A DNA stretch of 64,000 nt, taken from assembly GCA_937944095.1 (NCBI GenBank), contig CALEAC010000027.1, positions 2,524-66,523 on the forward strand, written 5' to 3'. Shown piece after piece: positions 48,074 through 60,184 of the stretch. The stretch is from an uncultured Saprospiraceae bacterium (GTDB taxonomy: Bacteria; Bacteroidota; Bacteroidia; Chitinophagales; Saprospiraceae). Numbering within the stretch: the first letter of the stretch is position 1; each line of letters starts with the position of its first letter. The notes beneath the pieces are model-generated. The model was not told the DNA's origin. It did no database searches and saw only the letters and a list, made by a program, of their open reading frames with translations. Made by a program: the position numbers and the translations under genes.

Positions 48074-50377
48074 ATGCAGTCGAAGCAGAACTTCCTTAGT
48101 TTTTATCTTATCATTCTTTCTTTCACTTTTTTACCATTTTCTGGACTCTTAGCCCAGGAATCGGTGGGCCAGATTAGAGGACATGTCTATGACATTGCCA
48201 CTGGTGAGCCAATCATTTTTGCCAATGTGGTAATAGATGGCACTAACTATGGCGAGAATACTGACGAGTCGGGCTTATTTACCTTAACCGGTGTACCAGT
48301 AGGTTCTTATGACCTAAGGGTCAGTTATATAGGCTATGAAGATCAAGTAACTCCGATAGAAGTGTCTTCTCGAAAAATCAATTATTACAAAGTCGAAATT
48401 GCTGCTGGTGGTGTCCAATTAGGTGTGGTCGATATATCAGCAGAACGGCAACAAGCTAAGACAGAAGTTCGTATCTCTAAAATCCAAGTATCCCAAAAGC
48501 AAATCAAAGCACTACCTAGTACTGGCGGCGATGCCGATATCGTACAGTATCTACAGATATTACCGGGTGTCATCTCTACGGGAGACCAAGGTGGTCAGTT
48601 ATATATCAGAGGGGGTTCTCCAGTTCAGAATAAGATTCTCTTGGACGGATTGACCATTTATAACCCTTTTCATTCGATCGGATTCTATTCCGCTTTCGAG
48701 ACAGAACTGATACGTAATGTAGATGTCTTAACAGGCGGGTTCAATGCAGAATATGGTGGAAGAATTTCTGCAGTGGTCAACATTAATACTAGAGAAGGTA
48801 ACAAGAAAAGACTGGCAGGACAAGTATCGGTCAGCCCTTTTATGGCCAAAGCAATTATAGAGGCACCTCTGACTAAGCCTGGATCTGGAGGAGATCTGAC
48901 TATGATACTGACAAGTAAGAGGTCTCTAATCGGTTCTACATCTAAGTCATTATACAGTTACGCCGCAGAAGTTGATAGTATCGGTTTACCTTTTGGATTC
49001 CAGGATACCTATGGTAAGATATCATATGTCACTTCTAATGGGAGCAAATTCAATTTCTTTGGCTTTAATTTCGATGATCAATATAAGAATCCACTTGTCT
49101 CTGAAATCGAGTGGAATAACAAGGGTGGCGGTTTAACTTTTGATCTATTGCCTAATGCTAGTGCCTTGACTCTAGATGGGATTATTGGTTATACCCAATA
49201 TGAAGTGGGTATCGTAGAAACAGAAGGTGACCCTCGAAGTAGTCTAATTAGGGAATATGACTTAGGCCTCGATTTTAAGTATCTTACTAATGAGGCTTCT
49301 ATCAAGTACGGTGTCGATATTAAGAGTATCAAAACAATTTTTGACTTCACAAATCCATTTGGGCTGAAGCTTAGTGAAGAGCAGAATACAACAGAAATAT
49401 CTGGATTCTTATCATATCGTAGAGCGTGGGATAATCTGGTAATAGAACCGGGCTTCAGGTTACAGTATTATGCGTCGTTATCAGAATTCTATCCGGAACC
49501 TAGACTAGGTATCAAGTGGAATATCACTGATAAGACGAGACTCAAAGTCGGTGCTGGCTATTATAGTCAGAACATCATCTCTACATCTAACGAAAGAGAT
49601 GTGGTCAATTTGTTCAATGGCTTTCTGACTGGTCCGGAGAAACAATTTCAGGACCTCAACGGCGATCCAGTTACGTCTAAGCTACAGAAAGCAAGACATC
49701 TACTTGCAGGAATAGAACAGGATGTTTCTTCTAGTCTTCAGATTAATGTCGAAGCATATGTAAAAGACTTTTTCCAATTAGTCGTAATAAATCGGAATAA
49801 GACCTCGCCTGGTCAAGCCGATTTCACAACAGAAACTGGTCAGGCATATGGTATCGACTTTTCGGCTAAGTACGAAATACCGAAATGGTATTTCTGGGCA
49901 ACTTATTCATATGGTTTCGTCAATAGATTCGATGGCGAACAGACTTTTCCGACAGTATTCGATCGACGGCATAATGCCAACTTCTTAGCGACTTATTCAT
50001 TAGGCGCTAAGAATGATATCCTCCTGAGCCTACGATGGAATCTAGGGTCTGGGTTTCCATTCACAAAGACCCAAGCTTTCTACGATAATATTCCATTCAG
50101 AGAGGGACCTAATACAGCTTATGAGACTGACAATCAAGACCGTGTAGGCATTATCTATTCTGATACAAGAAATGGAGGCAGATTGCCTTACTACCATAGA
50201 CTAGATCTCTCAGCTCAGAAGACCTTCTATCTTAATGATCGGTTCAATGTAGAGGTGGTTGCTTCTGTTACTAATGCTTATGATAGAGCTAATATCTTCT
50301 ACTTTGATAGGATAAAATATGATAGAGTCAATCAGCTGCCTATTATGCCTTCTGTCTCTGCGAAATTCAATTTCTAG
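48074..50377 (+). CDS. TonB-dependent receptor with N-terminal carboxypeptidase-regulatory-like domain
   Basis: 767 aa with a signal peptide. IRGHVYDIATGEPI...GLFTL (CarboxypepD_reg). Plug segment DIVQYLQILPGV...LYIRGGSPVQNKILLDG. The C-terminal beta-barrel ends in ...SAKFNF. Confidence 0.9.
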   Translation: MQSKQNFLSFYLIILSFTFLPFSGLLAQESVGQIRGHVYDIATGEPIIFANVVIDGTNYGENTDESGLFTLTGVPVGSYDLRVSYIGYEDQVTPIEVSSRKINYYKVEIAAGGVQLGVVDISAERQQAKTEVRISKIQVSQKQIKALPSTGGDADIVQYLQILPGVISTGDQGGQLYIRGGSPVQNKILLDGLTIYNPFHSIGFYSAFETELIRNVDVLTGGFNAEYGGRISAVVNINTREGNKKRLAGQVSVSPFMAKAIIEAPLTKPGSGGDLTMILTSKRSLIGSTSKSLYSYAAEVDSIGLPFGFQDTYGKISYVTSNGSKFNFFGFNFDDQYKNPLVSEIEWNNKGGGLTFDLLPNASALTLDGIIGYTQYEVGIVETEGDPRSSLIREYDLGLDFKYLTNEASIKYGVDIKSIKTIFDFTNPFGLKLSEEQNTTEISGFLSYRRAWDNLVIEPGFRLQYYASLSEFYPEPRLGIKWNITDKTRLKVGAGYYSQNIISTSNERDVVNLFNGFLTGPEKQFQDLNGDPVTSKLQKARHLLAGIEQDVSSSLQINVEAYVKDFFQLVVINRNKTSPGQADFTTETGQAYGIDFSAKYEIPKWYFWATYSYGFVNRFDGEQTFPTVFDRRHNANFLATYSLGAKNDILLSLRWNLGSGFPFTKTQAFYDNIPFREGPNTAYETDNQDRVGIIYSDTRNGGRLPYYHRLDLSAQKTFYLNDRFNVEVVASVTNAYDRANIFYFDRIKYDRVNQLPIMPSVSAKFNF

Positions 50378-50510
50378 CAGGTCAACGATTAGCACAGATA
50401 GATGAACGATATTTTATCATCTTAGCCGATTAGATCACAAGTATTTTCAGTCATTTAAAAGTTTATATTTCCTTAGATTTGGACTTTAATTAAAATGTAA
50501 ATACTGAGTT

Positions 50511-51002
50511 GTGGTTAAGGGATTTGAAAATATAAGTGATGCGCAGTTTGGGATACTCAAAGATGCTATCGCGTGGATAACAGTTCTAATAGCAGGTGCA
50601 GATGGCCAGATAGACCCGAAAGAAACTGCATGGGCTGCCAAGGTAACTAAGATTAGAGGTTTCCATAATCCAAATGAATTAACGGACTTCTATAATGAAG
50701 TCGGTAAGGACTTCTCGGAGAAATTGGCAACTCTGATCGAAAACTGCCCAGATTCTGTCACAGAACGTACAGATATTCTCTCTCGACAACTATCTCAACT
50801 AAACGAAGTGTTACCTGCACTTTCTGAGAACAACCTAGGACACCTCTTGTATAAGAGTTATGTTTCATTCGCAGAGCATGTCGCTAATGCAGAAGGCGGC
50901 TTTTTTGGTTTCTTTAGAATTGGAAAAGACGAAGCCAAATTAATCGATCTTCCTATGATTGTGCCAGTAGAGTGGGTAGAACCTTCTGCTGAAGAAGAGT
51001 AA
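50511..51002 (+). CDS. hypothetical protein (possibly TerB-like)
   Basis: 163 aa with a GTG start. LIAGADGQIDPKETAWAAKV resembles the TerB/DjlA-N type ADG-x-D-x-x-E motif. A TAGATTTG box at 50474-50481 lies upstream. Confidence 0.45.
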   Translation: MVKGFENISDAQFGILKDAIAWITVLIAGADGQIDPKETAWAAKVTKIRGFHNPNELTDFYNEVGKDFSEKLATLIENCPDSVTERTDILSRQLSQLNEVLPALSENNLGHLLYKSYVSFAEHVANAEGGFFGFFRIGKDEAKLIDLPMIVPVEWVEPSAEEE

Positions 51003-51081
51003 TTACTTTTCCATATCGTGTGGATAACTTTCGTGTTTAGAAGGCATATCTCAGTGTATTTTTGGTCTATAGATAAGAGTT

Positions 51082-52119
51082 ATGATAGACTTCTCACAGA
51101 CCCGTATAGGCCCATTATCGATACATCACATAGGACGCATCTCCCATGAAGAATCTTGTCTTACAACAGCCATTCCTCATGAAATCATTGATTCCAGTGT
51201 ACACACCAGTATGTTGGCTTTTCTATTAGCTGGATTCAAAGAGCCTGCTTTCTATCAATTCAGACAAGGCGAAGAGATAGATACCCATTTTATAAAGGCC
51301 CAGATAGATAAAGTCCTGAGCGAAGAGGCACCACTACATGAAATATCTATCTCTATAGCCGAAAAGCTATACAATGACTCCCAGCATCCAGCAATCAAAA
51401 GTGGCGAATTCATGATGTGTCAGCTGACCGATGTCGTCATAGAAGATGAACTAATTGATTGTATCGGTCTCTTTAAGGTAGAGACACGAGATACGTTCAT
51501 CAAAATTTTACAACAGACAGCAGCCTATAATATCAAGACAGACGTGGGGCATGCCCTTAATGGCTTAGACAAAGCTTGTCTCATTCTTAATTCAGATTCT
51601 GAGACTGGTTATAGGGTATTAGTGCGTGATAAAGCCAGTCTTATAGAAGCTCAATTCTGGAAAAGAGGCTTTCTAGATCTTATAGAGAGAGAGGATAGTT
51701 ATCATCAGACCGCTCATTATATTAGCCTAACTAAGGACTTTGTGGAGGACAAACGAAAGAGAGAGGGGAGTATAACTAAGGATGATGAATTAGCCATCAT
51801 GAATAGTTCAGAAGCGTTCTTCTCATCACAAGAGACTTTCGATGAATCTTCTTATCTCGAGAATCTCTTCGAGGATGAATCTATGAAAAATGACTTCAAA
51901 GCTTATAAGAATCAAGTCGAAGCTGCTGGGGAATTCAGTTATGCTAATGACTTCGATATATCAGAGCCAGCTGTCAAAAAGAACAATAAAGTTTTCCGGT
52001 CGATACTTAAGCTCGACAAGAATTTCCATGTGTATATACATGGTGATAAGAATAGAATAGAAAGGGGAGAAGACGACGGTGGCAAATACTATAAACTCTA
52101 TTTCGAAAAGGAGGCATAA
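51082..52119 (+). CDS. nucleoid-associated protein, NdpA/YejK (NA37) family (tentative)
   Basis: 345 aa. The length, the N-terminal ...LSIHHIG pattern and the central AQFWKRGFLDL...YHQTAHYISLTKDFV resemble Bacteroidota NA37 homologues. Confidence 0.55.
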   Translation: MIDFSQTRIGPLSIHHIGRISHEESCLTTAIPHEIIDSSVHTSMLAFLLAGFKEPAFYQFRQGEEIDTHFIKAQIDKVLSEEAPLHEISISIAEKLYNDSQHPAIKSGEFMMCQLTDVVIEDELIDCIGLFKVETRDTFIKILQQTAAYNIKTDVGHALNGLDKACLILNSDSETGYRVLVRDKASLIEAQFWKRGFLDLIEREDSYHQTAHYISLTKDFVEDKRKREGSITKDDELAIMNSSEAFFSSQETFDESSYLENLFEDESMKNDFKAYKNQVEAAGEFSYANDFDISEPAVKKNNKVFRSILKLDKNFHVYIHGDKNRIERGEDDGGKYYKLYFEKEA

Positions 52120-52127
52120 GGACCACT

Positions 52128-53114
52128 CTAACAAAAGTGGAAATAGCTATGAACTGGATTCTGACTCTTAATAACTTCTATAGCTGGTAGTGCAGCAGGC
52201 TGACTGATTGCAATGATTATTTGCGAAGAATTATAGGTGGAAATAAGCTCGACGCTTTGCATAATGATACCATATATCTGGTGACCAACCTTATTGGGAT
52301 TATTGCAGATCCATGTAAACTTTATTTTCTGATCCGATAAATATTTAGCAATTGCCTTTCCTTTTTTGCCACCACCCCAGATGATTAATTTTCGATTTGT
52401 ATCCCTATCAGCATTTAGAAAATGCTTGAGTTTTATGGAGATGAACTTGTTGTCTGCATAATTCGGATCTGTCCTGGATGACCTAGATGAATGATCGCGC
52501 CAGTAGTGCGTGATGCGCGTAACAGGAGTGATTTGCAGCTTGGCAGTTCTAAACCGGAATGCAAGATCATAATCCTCCGGATAGAGCTCTCCAGCAAATG
52601 CTCCAGCTTTCTCAAAATCTGATCGAAGACATAACCAGTTAGGTGAAGGGATCGAACATTCCTTATAGATGTCACTATAATTACTGGCCTCTAGCGTCAT
52701 TGCATTTAACCAATCTTGGTAATGTAGGTAGCCTTCCCCTATTTTATTATCCGAGAAGTATTTGACTATCCCGACAACTAAGTGTCCAGCGCCGGCGTTG
52801 TCTAGAGCACCACACATTAGTTCTAACTTATCGGAGGACATGTAATCATCAGAATCCATCCTGGTTATATACTCTCCTACAGATGCCGCATAGCCAGTCT
52901 GTAAGGCTGGGATGATGCCTTTCCCCTTATTACGAAGGACTACAATTCTATTGTCCTTATAGTCCGATAGAATCTCGTAACTCCGATCTGTAGAGTGATC
53001 ATCTACAGCGAGTAGTTCCCAGTTATCATAGGATTGAGCGATGATAGAATCTAAGCATTCTTCTAGGAATAACGCCGTATTCCTAACAGGCATGATGATG
53101 CTAACTATAGACAT
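52128..53114 (-). CDS. family 2 glycosyltransferase with extra C-terminal glycine-rich (Rossmann-like) domain
   Basis: 328 aa. GT2 N-terminus IIMPVRNTALFLEECLDSIIAQSY, VDDHSTD, and DxD RMDSDD. The last ~100 aa carry KLIIWGGGKKGKAIAKYL. The start overlaps the GtrA stop by 14 nt. Confidence 0.85.
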   Translation of the reverse strand: MSIVSIIMPVRNTALFLEECLDSIIAQSYDNWELLAVDDHSTDRSYEILSDYKDNRIVVLRNKGKGIIPALQTGYAASVGEYITRMDSDDYMSSDKLELMCGALDNAGAGHLVVGIVKYFSDNKIGEGYLHYQDWLNAMTLEASNYSDIYKECSIPSPNWLCLRSDFEKAGAFAGELYPEDYDLAFRFRTAKLQITPVTRITHYWRDHSSRSSRTDPNYADNKFISIKLKHFLNADRDTNRKLIIWGGGKKGKAIAKYLSDQKIKFTWICNNPNKVGHQIYGIIMQSVELISTYNSSQIIIAISQPAALPAIEVIKSQNPVHSYFHFC

Positions 53115-53496
53115 AATATCTGAACAATGGAAAGCTCACGAAAATCCCAATAATAAATGCAATGAACAGCTTAGACACCATATATTGGAAATTAAGAAAC
53201 TCTGTGAAGCAGTATATACCCACCACATTGAGTACCAATATGATGAGGCTCGCGACACCGTACTTTATAGCCTGATAAAACCAGGTTTTGTCTGTTCTCC
53301 TAAATGCCCAGTGCCTTAATACAAGGAATCCGACAACGGCCCCTACACTAGACGCCATAGCTGCTGATACAACGTAATAGATGCCGGCCCATTCTGTCAG
53401 AATATAGAGACTGCTAAAATCAAAAAGAGTCGCCAATGAAGAGCCTAATTGCGATTTGATGAACGACTGTAAGAAAGGTACTTTCTGATCATTCAT
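53101..53496 (-). CDS. GtrA family membrane protein
   Basis: 131 aa with four TM helices and an HWAFRR-type motif (LRHWAFRRTD). Confidence 0.8.
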   Translation of the reverse strand: MNDQKVPFLQSFIKSQLGSSLATLFDFSSLYILTEWAGIYYVVSAAMASSVGAVVGFLVLRHWAFRRTDKTWFYQAIKYGVASLIILVLNVVGIYCFTEFLNFQYMVSKLFIAFIIGIFVSFPLFRYYVYS

Positions 53497-53499
53497 GAT

Positions 53500-53973
53500 C
53501 TAACCGAAAAAATTAGCTTGTAGATAGATGATCAGATGTAAGGAGGCACAAGCGTAGATTCCAGCTAGAACATCATCGAGCATCACGCCCAAGCCGCCTT
53601 TAATATTTTGATCTAGGTATCTAATACCGAAAGGCTTAAGAATATCAAAAAATCTGAAGAGGATAAAGCCAGCCAACATCATCTTGTAAGAGAAAGGTAT
53701 GAGAAGCATAGTGATCATATAGCCGATGAACTCATCTATGACTACTCTAGAAGGATCTTCTCCCCATTCTGCCGTCAATGCATCCGTGCTGATCATACCG
53801 GCGAAGAATAGTACGATAGCAGTTCCTAGAAGAATAAGAGTCGTCGAGCTACCAAAAAAAGTGCAGCTAAGGTAATAGTATAGAACTGCGCCTATTGTCC
53901 CGAATGTTCCAGGGGCAATAGGCGCAAATCCAAGGCCCATAACTGTTGTTATGGCTTTATGTATTGCAGTCAT
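53500..53973 (-). CDS. pgpA: PgpA-family phosphatidylglycerophosphatase A-like phosphatase (candidate phosphatidylinositol-phosphate phosphatase)
   Basis: 157 aa. GLGFAPIAPGTFGT start and DDVLAG near the C-terminus. It abuts the inositol-phosphate synthase stop with a 0-nt gap. Confidence 0.85.
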   Translation of the reverse strand: MTAIHKAITTVMGLGFAPIAPGTFGTIGAVLYYYLSCTFFGSSTTLILLGTAIVLFFAGMISTDALTAEWGEDPSRVVIDEFIGYMITMLLIPFSYKMMLAGFILFRFFDILKPFGIRYLDQNIKGGLGVMLDDVLAGIYACASLHLIIYLQANFFG

Positions 53974-55326
53974 TTACTGCTCATCGTAATCTTGACCTAA
54001 ATGATCTATCAAGTCATGACCACCAATATATCTTAAGGTATTCTCGAGTTTGACAAGCTGCTTGAAAATATCATGTATTGGATGTCTTCCCTTAGGAGCT
54101 TGTGGCGACTTCAGATAGAACCCTAACCATTCTTGGATACCACCCATGCCAGCTCGCTTAGCTAGATCTAAGAAGATCGCAAGGTCTAAAACAATAGGAG
54201 CAGCTAGTATAGAATCTCTACAAAGGAAATCAACTTTAATCTGCATCGGATAATCTAACCAGCCTTTGATATCGATATTGTCCCAGCCTTCCTTATTATC
54301 TCCTCTAGGTGGATAATAGTTGATCCTAACTTTATGATAAAAGTCTTTATATAATTCTGGATATATTTCTGGTTCTAATATTTGTTCTAACACACCCAGC
54401 TTAGATACTTCCTTCGTCTTAAAGTTATCAGGATCATCTAAGACTTCTCCATCTCTATTTCCTAAGATATTAGTAGAGAACCAACCTTCGACACCTAGAG
54501 CTCTTGCTTTGAATCCAGGCGCAAGTATGGTCTTCATTAGTGTCTGACCAGTCTTAAAGTCCTTCCCCGCGATAGGTGTGCTCGTATCTTTGGCAAGTTG
54601 TACTAGTGCTGGAATGTCACATGAAAGGTTAGGTGCCCCATTAGCATAAGGTATACCCATCTTAATAGCTGCATAAGCATAAATCATACTTGGCGCGATT
54701 AATTTGGAATTCCCTTTTAAGCCTTTCTCAAATGCGTCTATTGATTGATGTACAGCGGACTCTTCTATATAAATCTCAGTCGATCCACACCATACCATAA
54801 CGATACGATCACATTTATTATCCTTCTGGAATTTTTTGATGTCAGCCATCACTGCTTTGGCTAGATCCATTTTGGTCTTGCCTTTCTTGACATGGGTACC
54901 ATCTAATTTTTTGACATAGTTTTTGTCAAAAACAGCCTTCATAGGCTTAATCTTAGAAAGTGGTGTTTTGAGTTTTTTTAGTAACTCCGGCTCTAGGACA
55001 TTCGCGTGGACAGCAGCTTCATACATATTGTCTTTGAAGATATCCCAGCCCCCGAATACCACTTTCTTTAGGTCCTGAAGAGGCACGACCTCTTGGATGA
55101 GCGGCTTGTTTTTCTTAGTTGTTCTTTTACCAATCCTAACTCTTCCCATCTGAGTAAGTGAGCCAATAGGATTAGCCAGCCCTTTGTTGACTGCCATGAC
55201 ACCAGCAATAAAGGTCGTTGCAACTGCGCCCATCCCTGGTGTTAGAATCCCTAGTTTGCCCTTAGGGTCTGAGGCAAGAGATTGTGATTTAGCTCTTTTT
55301 TTTGTAGCTGCTTTCCTAGCTTTCAT
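53974..55326 (-). CDS. ino1: myo-inositol-1-phosphate (inositol-3-phosphate) synthase
   Basis: 450 aa. YANGAPN, AGKDFKTGQT and STNILGNRDG motifs of the MIPS family. It has a Lys/Arg-rich N-terminal extension. Confidence 0.92.
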   Translation of the reverse strand: MKARKAATKKRAKSQSLASDPKGKLGILTPGMGAVATTFIAGVMAVNKGLANPIGSLTQMGRVRIGKRTTKKNKPLIQEVVPLQDLKKVVFGGWDIFKDNMYEAAVHANVLEPELLKKLKTPLSKIKPMKAVFDKNYVKKLDGTHVKKGKTKMDLAKAVMADIKKFQKDNKCDRIVMVWCGSTEIYIEESAVHQSIDAFEKGLKGNSKLIAPSMIYAYAAIKMGIPYANGAPNLSCDIPALVQLAKDTSTPIAGKDFKTGQTLMKTILAPGFKARALGVEGWFSTNILGNRDGEVLDDPDNFKTKEVSKLGVLEQILEPEIYPELYKDFYHKVRINYYPPRGDNKEGWDNIDIKGWLDYPMQIKVDFLCRDSILAAPIVLDLAIFLDLAKRAGMGGIQEWLGFYLKSPQAPKGRHPIHDIFKQLVKLENTLRYIGGHDLIDHLGQDYDEQ

Positions 55327-55337
55327 CTATAGTCTTT

Positions 55338-56330
55338 TTATAGTAAGTTATTTTCTTTACACCAAAGAATCGTTTCTGTAAGTCCAGACCTGAGGTCATA
55401 AGCGGGTGCAAAGTTAAAATCTTTTTCCAAGTCCGTGATATCTACTGAAAATGACCTTGCAAAGTATTCTTTAACCTTATTTCTGTTTAGTAAAGGTGTT
55501 TTGCCTTGCAAATTACCCAGAAACTCACTTATAGCTGCAATGAGCTTAATGATACTGAACGGTATTACAATCTGACGTGGCCTCTTACCGAGAATATCCC
55601 CGATAATATTATTCATATCTTCTATAGGATAGGTCCGCCCATCACTAACAAAATAGGCCTTATTGTACACGCGATTAGGAAGAGAATCTATCACTAAGCG
55701 GGCCAAGTCCTTAACGTGGACAAAGCTAGTCTCCATACGACCTCTCCCTATCTTAGTGCCGATACCAGCTTTGATGGTTTTGTAGACAGGAAGCATTTCT
55801 GTATTCCTAGGACCATAGACAGCGGTCGGTCTGAATATAATCGATGGAATCTTGCTAAAATTGGTAATAAATTGTTCTGCTTGTAGTTTGGATTCTCCAT
55901 ACCAAGTTATTGGATGGGGTAGACTATCAGCATCTAGGGTTTGATTCATTTGGTATTCAGCAGGACCATAGGCTGCTAGACTACTGATGTAAACCAACTT
56001 TTGTGGAAGGATGTTTTCTTCGATCAGAATGCGACAGAACTTTCTAGTGTAGCCCGCATTTATCTTGAAGTAGGTTTCTTTGTTTTTGGCAATGGTCACA
56101 CCAGCGTTAAGTACGATATAGTCGAACTGGTGAGCAATCAGTTTCTCTCTTAGGCTGTCCTCTTCCTCGAAACTGTAATACAAAAAATTGATTCTGGGGT
56201 CTGATAGCTTAGCTAAGTCACTGTTTTTCCTGACTCCTGCATACACTAGGTATCCCTGCGCTATGGCTTCTTCTACGACCCAACTACCTACGAAGCCATT
56301 AGCACCTGTGACCAATATTTTTTTTGACAT
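55338..56330 (-). CDS. extended-SDR NAD-dependent epimerase/dehydratase-fold reductase (candidate ceramide/3-ketosphinganine reductase)
   Basis: 330 aa. VTGANGFVGS cofactor motif and catalytic YGESK. The role is assigned from context only. Confidence 0.8.
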   Translation of the reverse strand: MSKKILVTGANGFVGSWVVEEAIAQGYLVYAGVRKNSDLAKLSDPRINFLYYSFEEEDSLREKLIAHQFDYIVLNAGVTIAKNKETYFKINAGYTRKFCRILIEENILPQKLVYISSLAAYGPAEYQMNQTLDADSLPHPITWYGESKLQAEQFITNFSKIPSIIFRPTAVYGPRNTEMLPVYKTIKAGIGTKIGRGRMETSFVHVKDLARLVIDSLPNRVYNKAYFVSDGRTYPIEDMNNIIGDILGKRPRQIVIPFSIIKLIAAISEFLGNLQGKTPLLNRNKVKEYFARSFSVDITDLEKDFNFAPAYDLRSGLTETILWCKENNLL

Positions 56331-56335
56331 AGAGG

Positions 56336-58668
<2,333 letters not shown>

Positions 58669-58673
58669 TTAGA

Positions 58674-59606
58674 TCAACAAATATATGCCATAGCTCTTTG
58701 GTACCATGCAGGACTTCGAGAACCATTTACCCAAGTTTCGGTAAGAAATATACCAATAATCCCGCAACCTATGCCCATTAATACATCAATTAAGTAATGG
58801 TGATTAGTGTAAATGGCTGCAAACCAGATACTTATAAGACTGATTATAAATAAACCACTTAATAATTTATTGCCATATCTCAAACTATAAAAACTAAGGA
58901 TTAATGGGAAAGCAGCGTGCATAGATGGCAATGCCCCAAAGGTATTAGTCCCTTGGCTATACATATTATGATAAATAGGTATCCCAACCATGGCATCGAA
59001 TCGGGCTAGACCTGCAGCTTCACCTGGTGCATTCGTTAGTAATTGCTCCCCATATTGCAAGTAATACCAGGGGGGTGCTGCAGGAAGAACGATGTATATT
59101 ATGAATCCCAAAATATTAGCGATTAGGAAACAGATCCAAAAATCAAAGACCAGTTTCCTTCTTTTTTTGATGAAGGCATAGAGACCAAATAGGATGGGGA
59201 ATGGGGCCCACGTAATGTAGAAGCTGCCAGATATTACATCAAGGGCCGGGTGTATGTGCTGATTAGCATATTCGCATAAAGTGATCTTAGTCCCCTCAGA
59301 TTCGATACCGAATAACTTTAGCTCCCAGTCGTATAAGACCTTATTTAGGATTGTAAAGGGGTTATAGTCATGTAATATTTTCAGTGAGCTATAACAGATT
59401 AGATAGATGAATAGAGGCATAAAGGCTATCCCTAATTGTCGAGTATAGCCACTACTAAAATAGAGGATCAATGCGAGTATGTAGAAACCAACCGCCATCG
59501 AATCCATACCGACGACAAAACCAAACCATAGCAGATATAATAGGGAAAGTCCGATTCCCCAGATCACCCAATTGCTAGCGAATCTGTTAAAGCCAGTTTT
59601 ACTCAT
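58674..59606 (-). CDS. PAP2-superfamily polytopic membrane protein, AUR1-like (candidate inositol-phosphoceramide synthase)
   Basis: 310 aa with about 6-8 TM helices. The lipid-phosphate-phosphatase-like motifs are LPSMHAAFPL and NHHYLIDVLMG. Confidence 0.65.
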   Translation of the reverse strand: MSKTGFNRFASNWVIWGIGLSLLYLLWFGFVVGMDSMAVGFYILALILYFSSGYTRQLGIAFMPLFIYLICYSSLKILHDYNPFTILNKVLYDWELKLFGIESEGTKITLCEYANQHIHPALDVISGSFYITWAPFPILFGLYAFIKKRRKLVFDFWICFLIANILGFIIYIVLPAAPPWYYLQYGEQLLTNAPGEAAGLARFDAMVGIPIYHNMYSQGTNTFGALPSMHAAFPLILSFYSLRYGNKLLSGLFIISLISIWFAAIYTNHHYLIDVLMGIGCGIIGIFLTETWVNGSRSPAWYQRAMAYIC

Positions 59607-59615
59607 ACTTACTGG

Positions 59616-60137
59616 CTAAAATTGAAGTTTTTTATAGAAAGGGAAAGTCTCTTCAACTGTATATCCGAAGAATTCTAAAAATTTCACTTGAGGGAAAGCG
59701 CCGAATTCTTCTGCATATACATAGATGTTAGATAAGACAATCATCTGATCATCTAACTTAGTATATACTCTATAAGTACCAGCGTCATCCTTATTAAGAA
59801 AGAAGTTTTGGTCTGAATAGGCTAGGAATTGAAATTGGTAAGATTCATTATTAATCCGCCAGCTTCGATAACCATAAGCTAAATTAAACTGAATAATATT
59901 CAGTTCTTTTCTGACTTTACCTTCATCATATTTTAACCAATAGACGTCGATTGGTTTGCTTGGATTAGGCAGGCCTGAATCATCGGTATCCAGAGTATAG
60001 ACAATCGTATTGCAGTTGTGATTTCGTTGGATGTAGAATAGTGTATCCACTGCATCTGGTATAGGATAATTCTCAGGGAGGCCTTGCTGGCCAGTATAGC
60101 TAAATTTGTGTTTGATGTTATTAAGATGGTTGAGCAT
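59616..60137 (-). CDS. hypothetical cytoplasmic protein (possibly DUF4833)
   Basis: 173 aa with no signal peptide or TM. LFYIQRNHNCNTIVYTL...PIDVYWLKY resembles what I recall of DUF4833. It is embedded between the two lipid-synthase genes. Confidence 0.5.
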   Translation of the reverse strand: MLNHLNNIKHKFSYTGQQGLPENYPIPDAVDTLFYIQRNHNCNTIVYTLDTDDSGLPNPSKPIDVYWLKYDEGKVRKELNIIQFNLAYGYRSWRINNESYQFQFLAYSDQNFFLNKDDAGTYRVYTKLDDQMIVLSNIYVYAEEFGAFPQVKFLEFFGYTVEETFPFYKKLQF

Positions 60138-60184
60138 ACCCGTTTTTGCTGTAGCAATATTAATACATATAAGCTACTCTGAGG

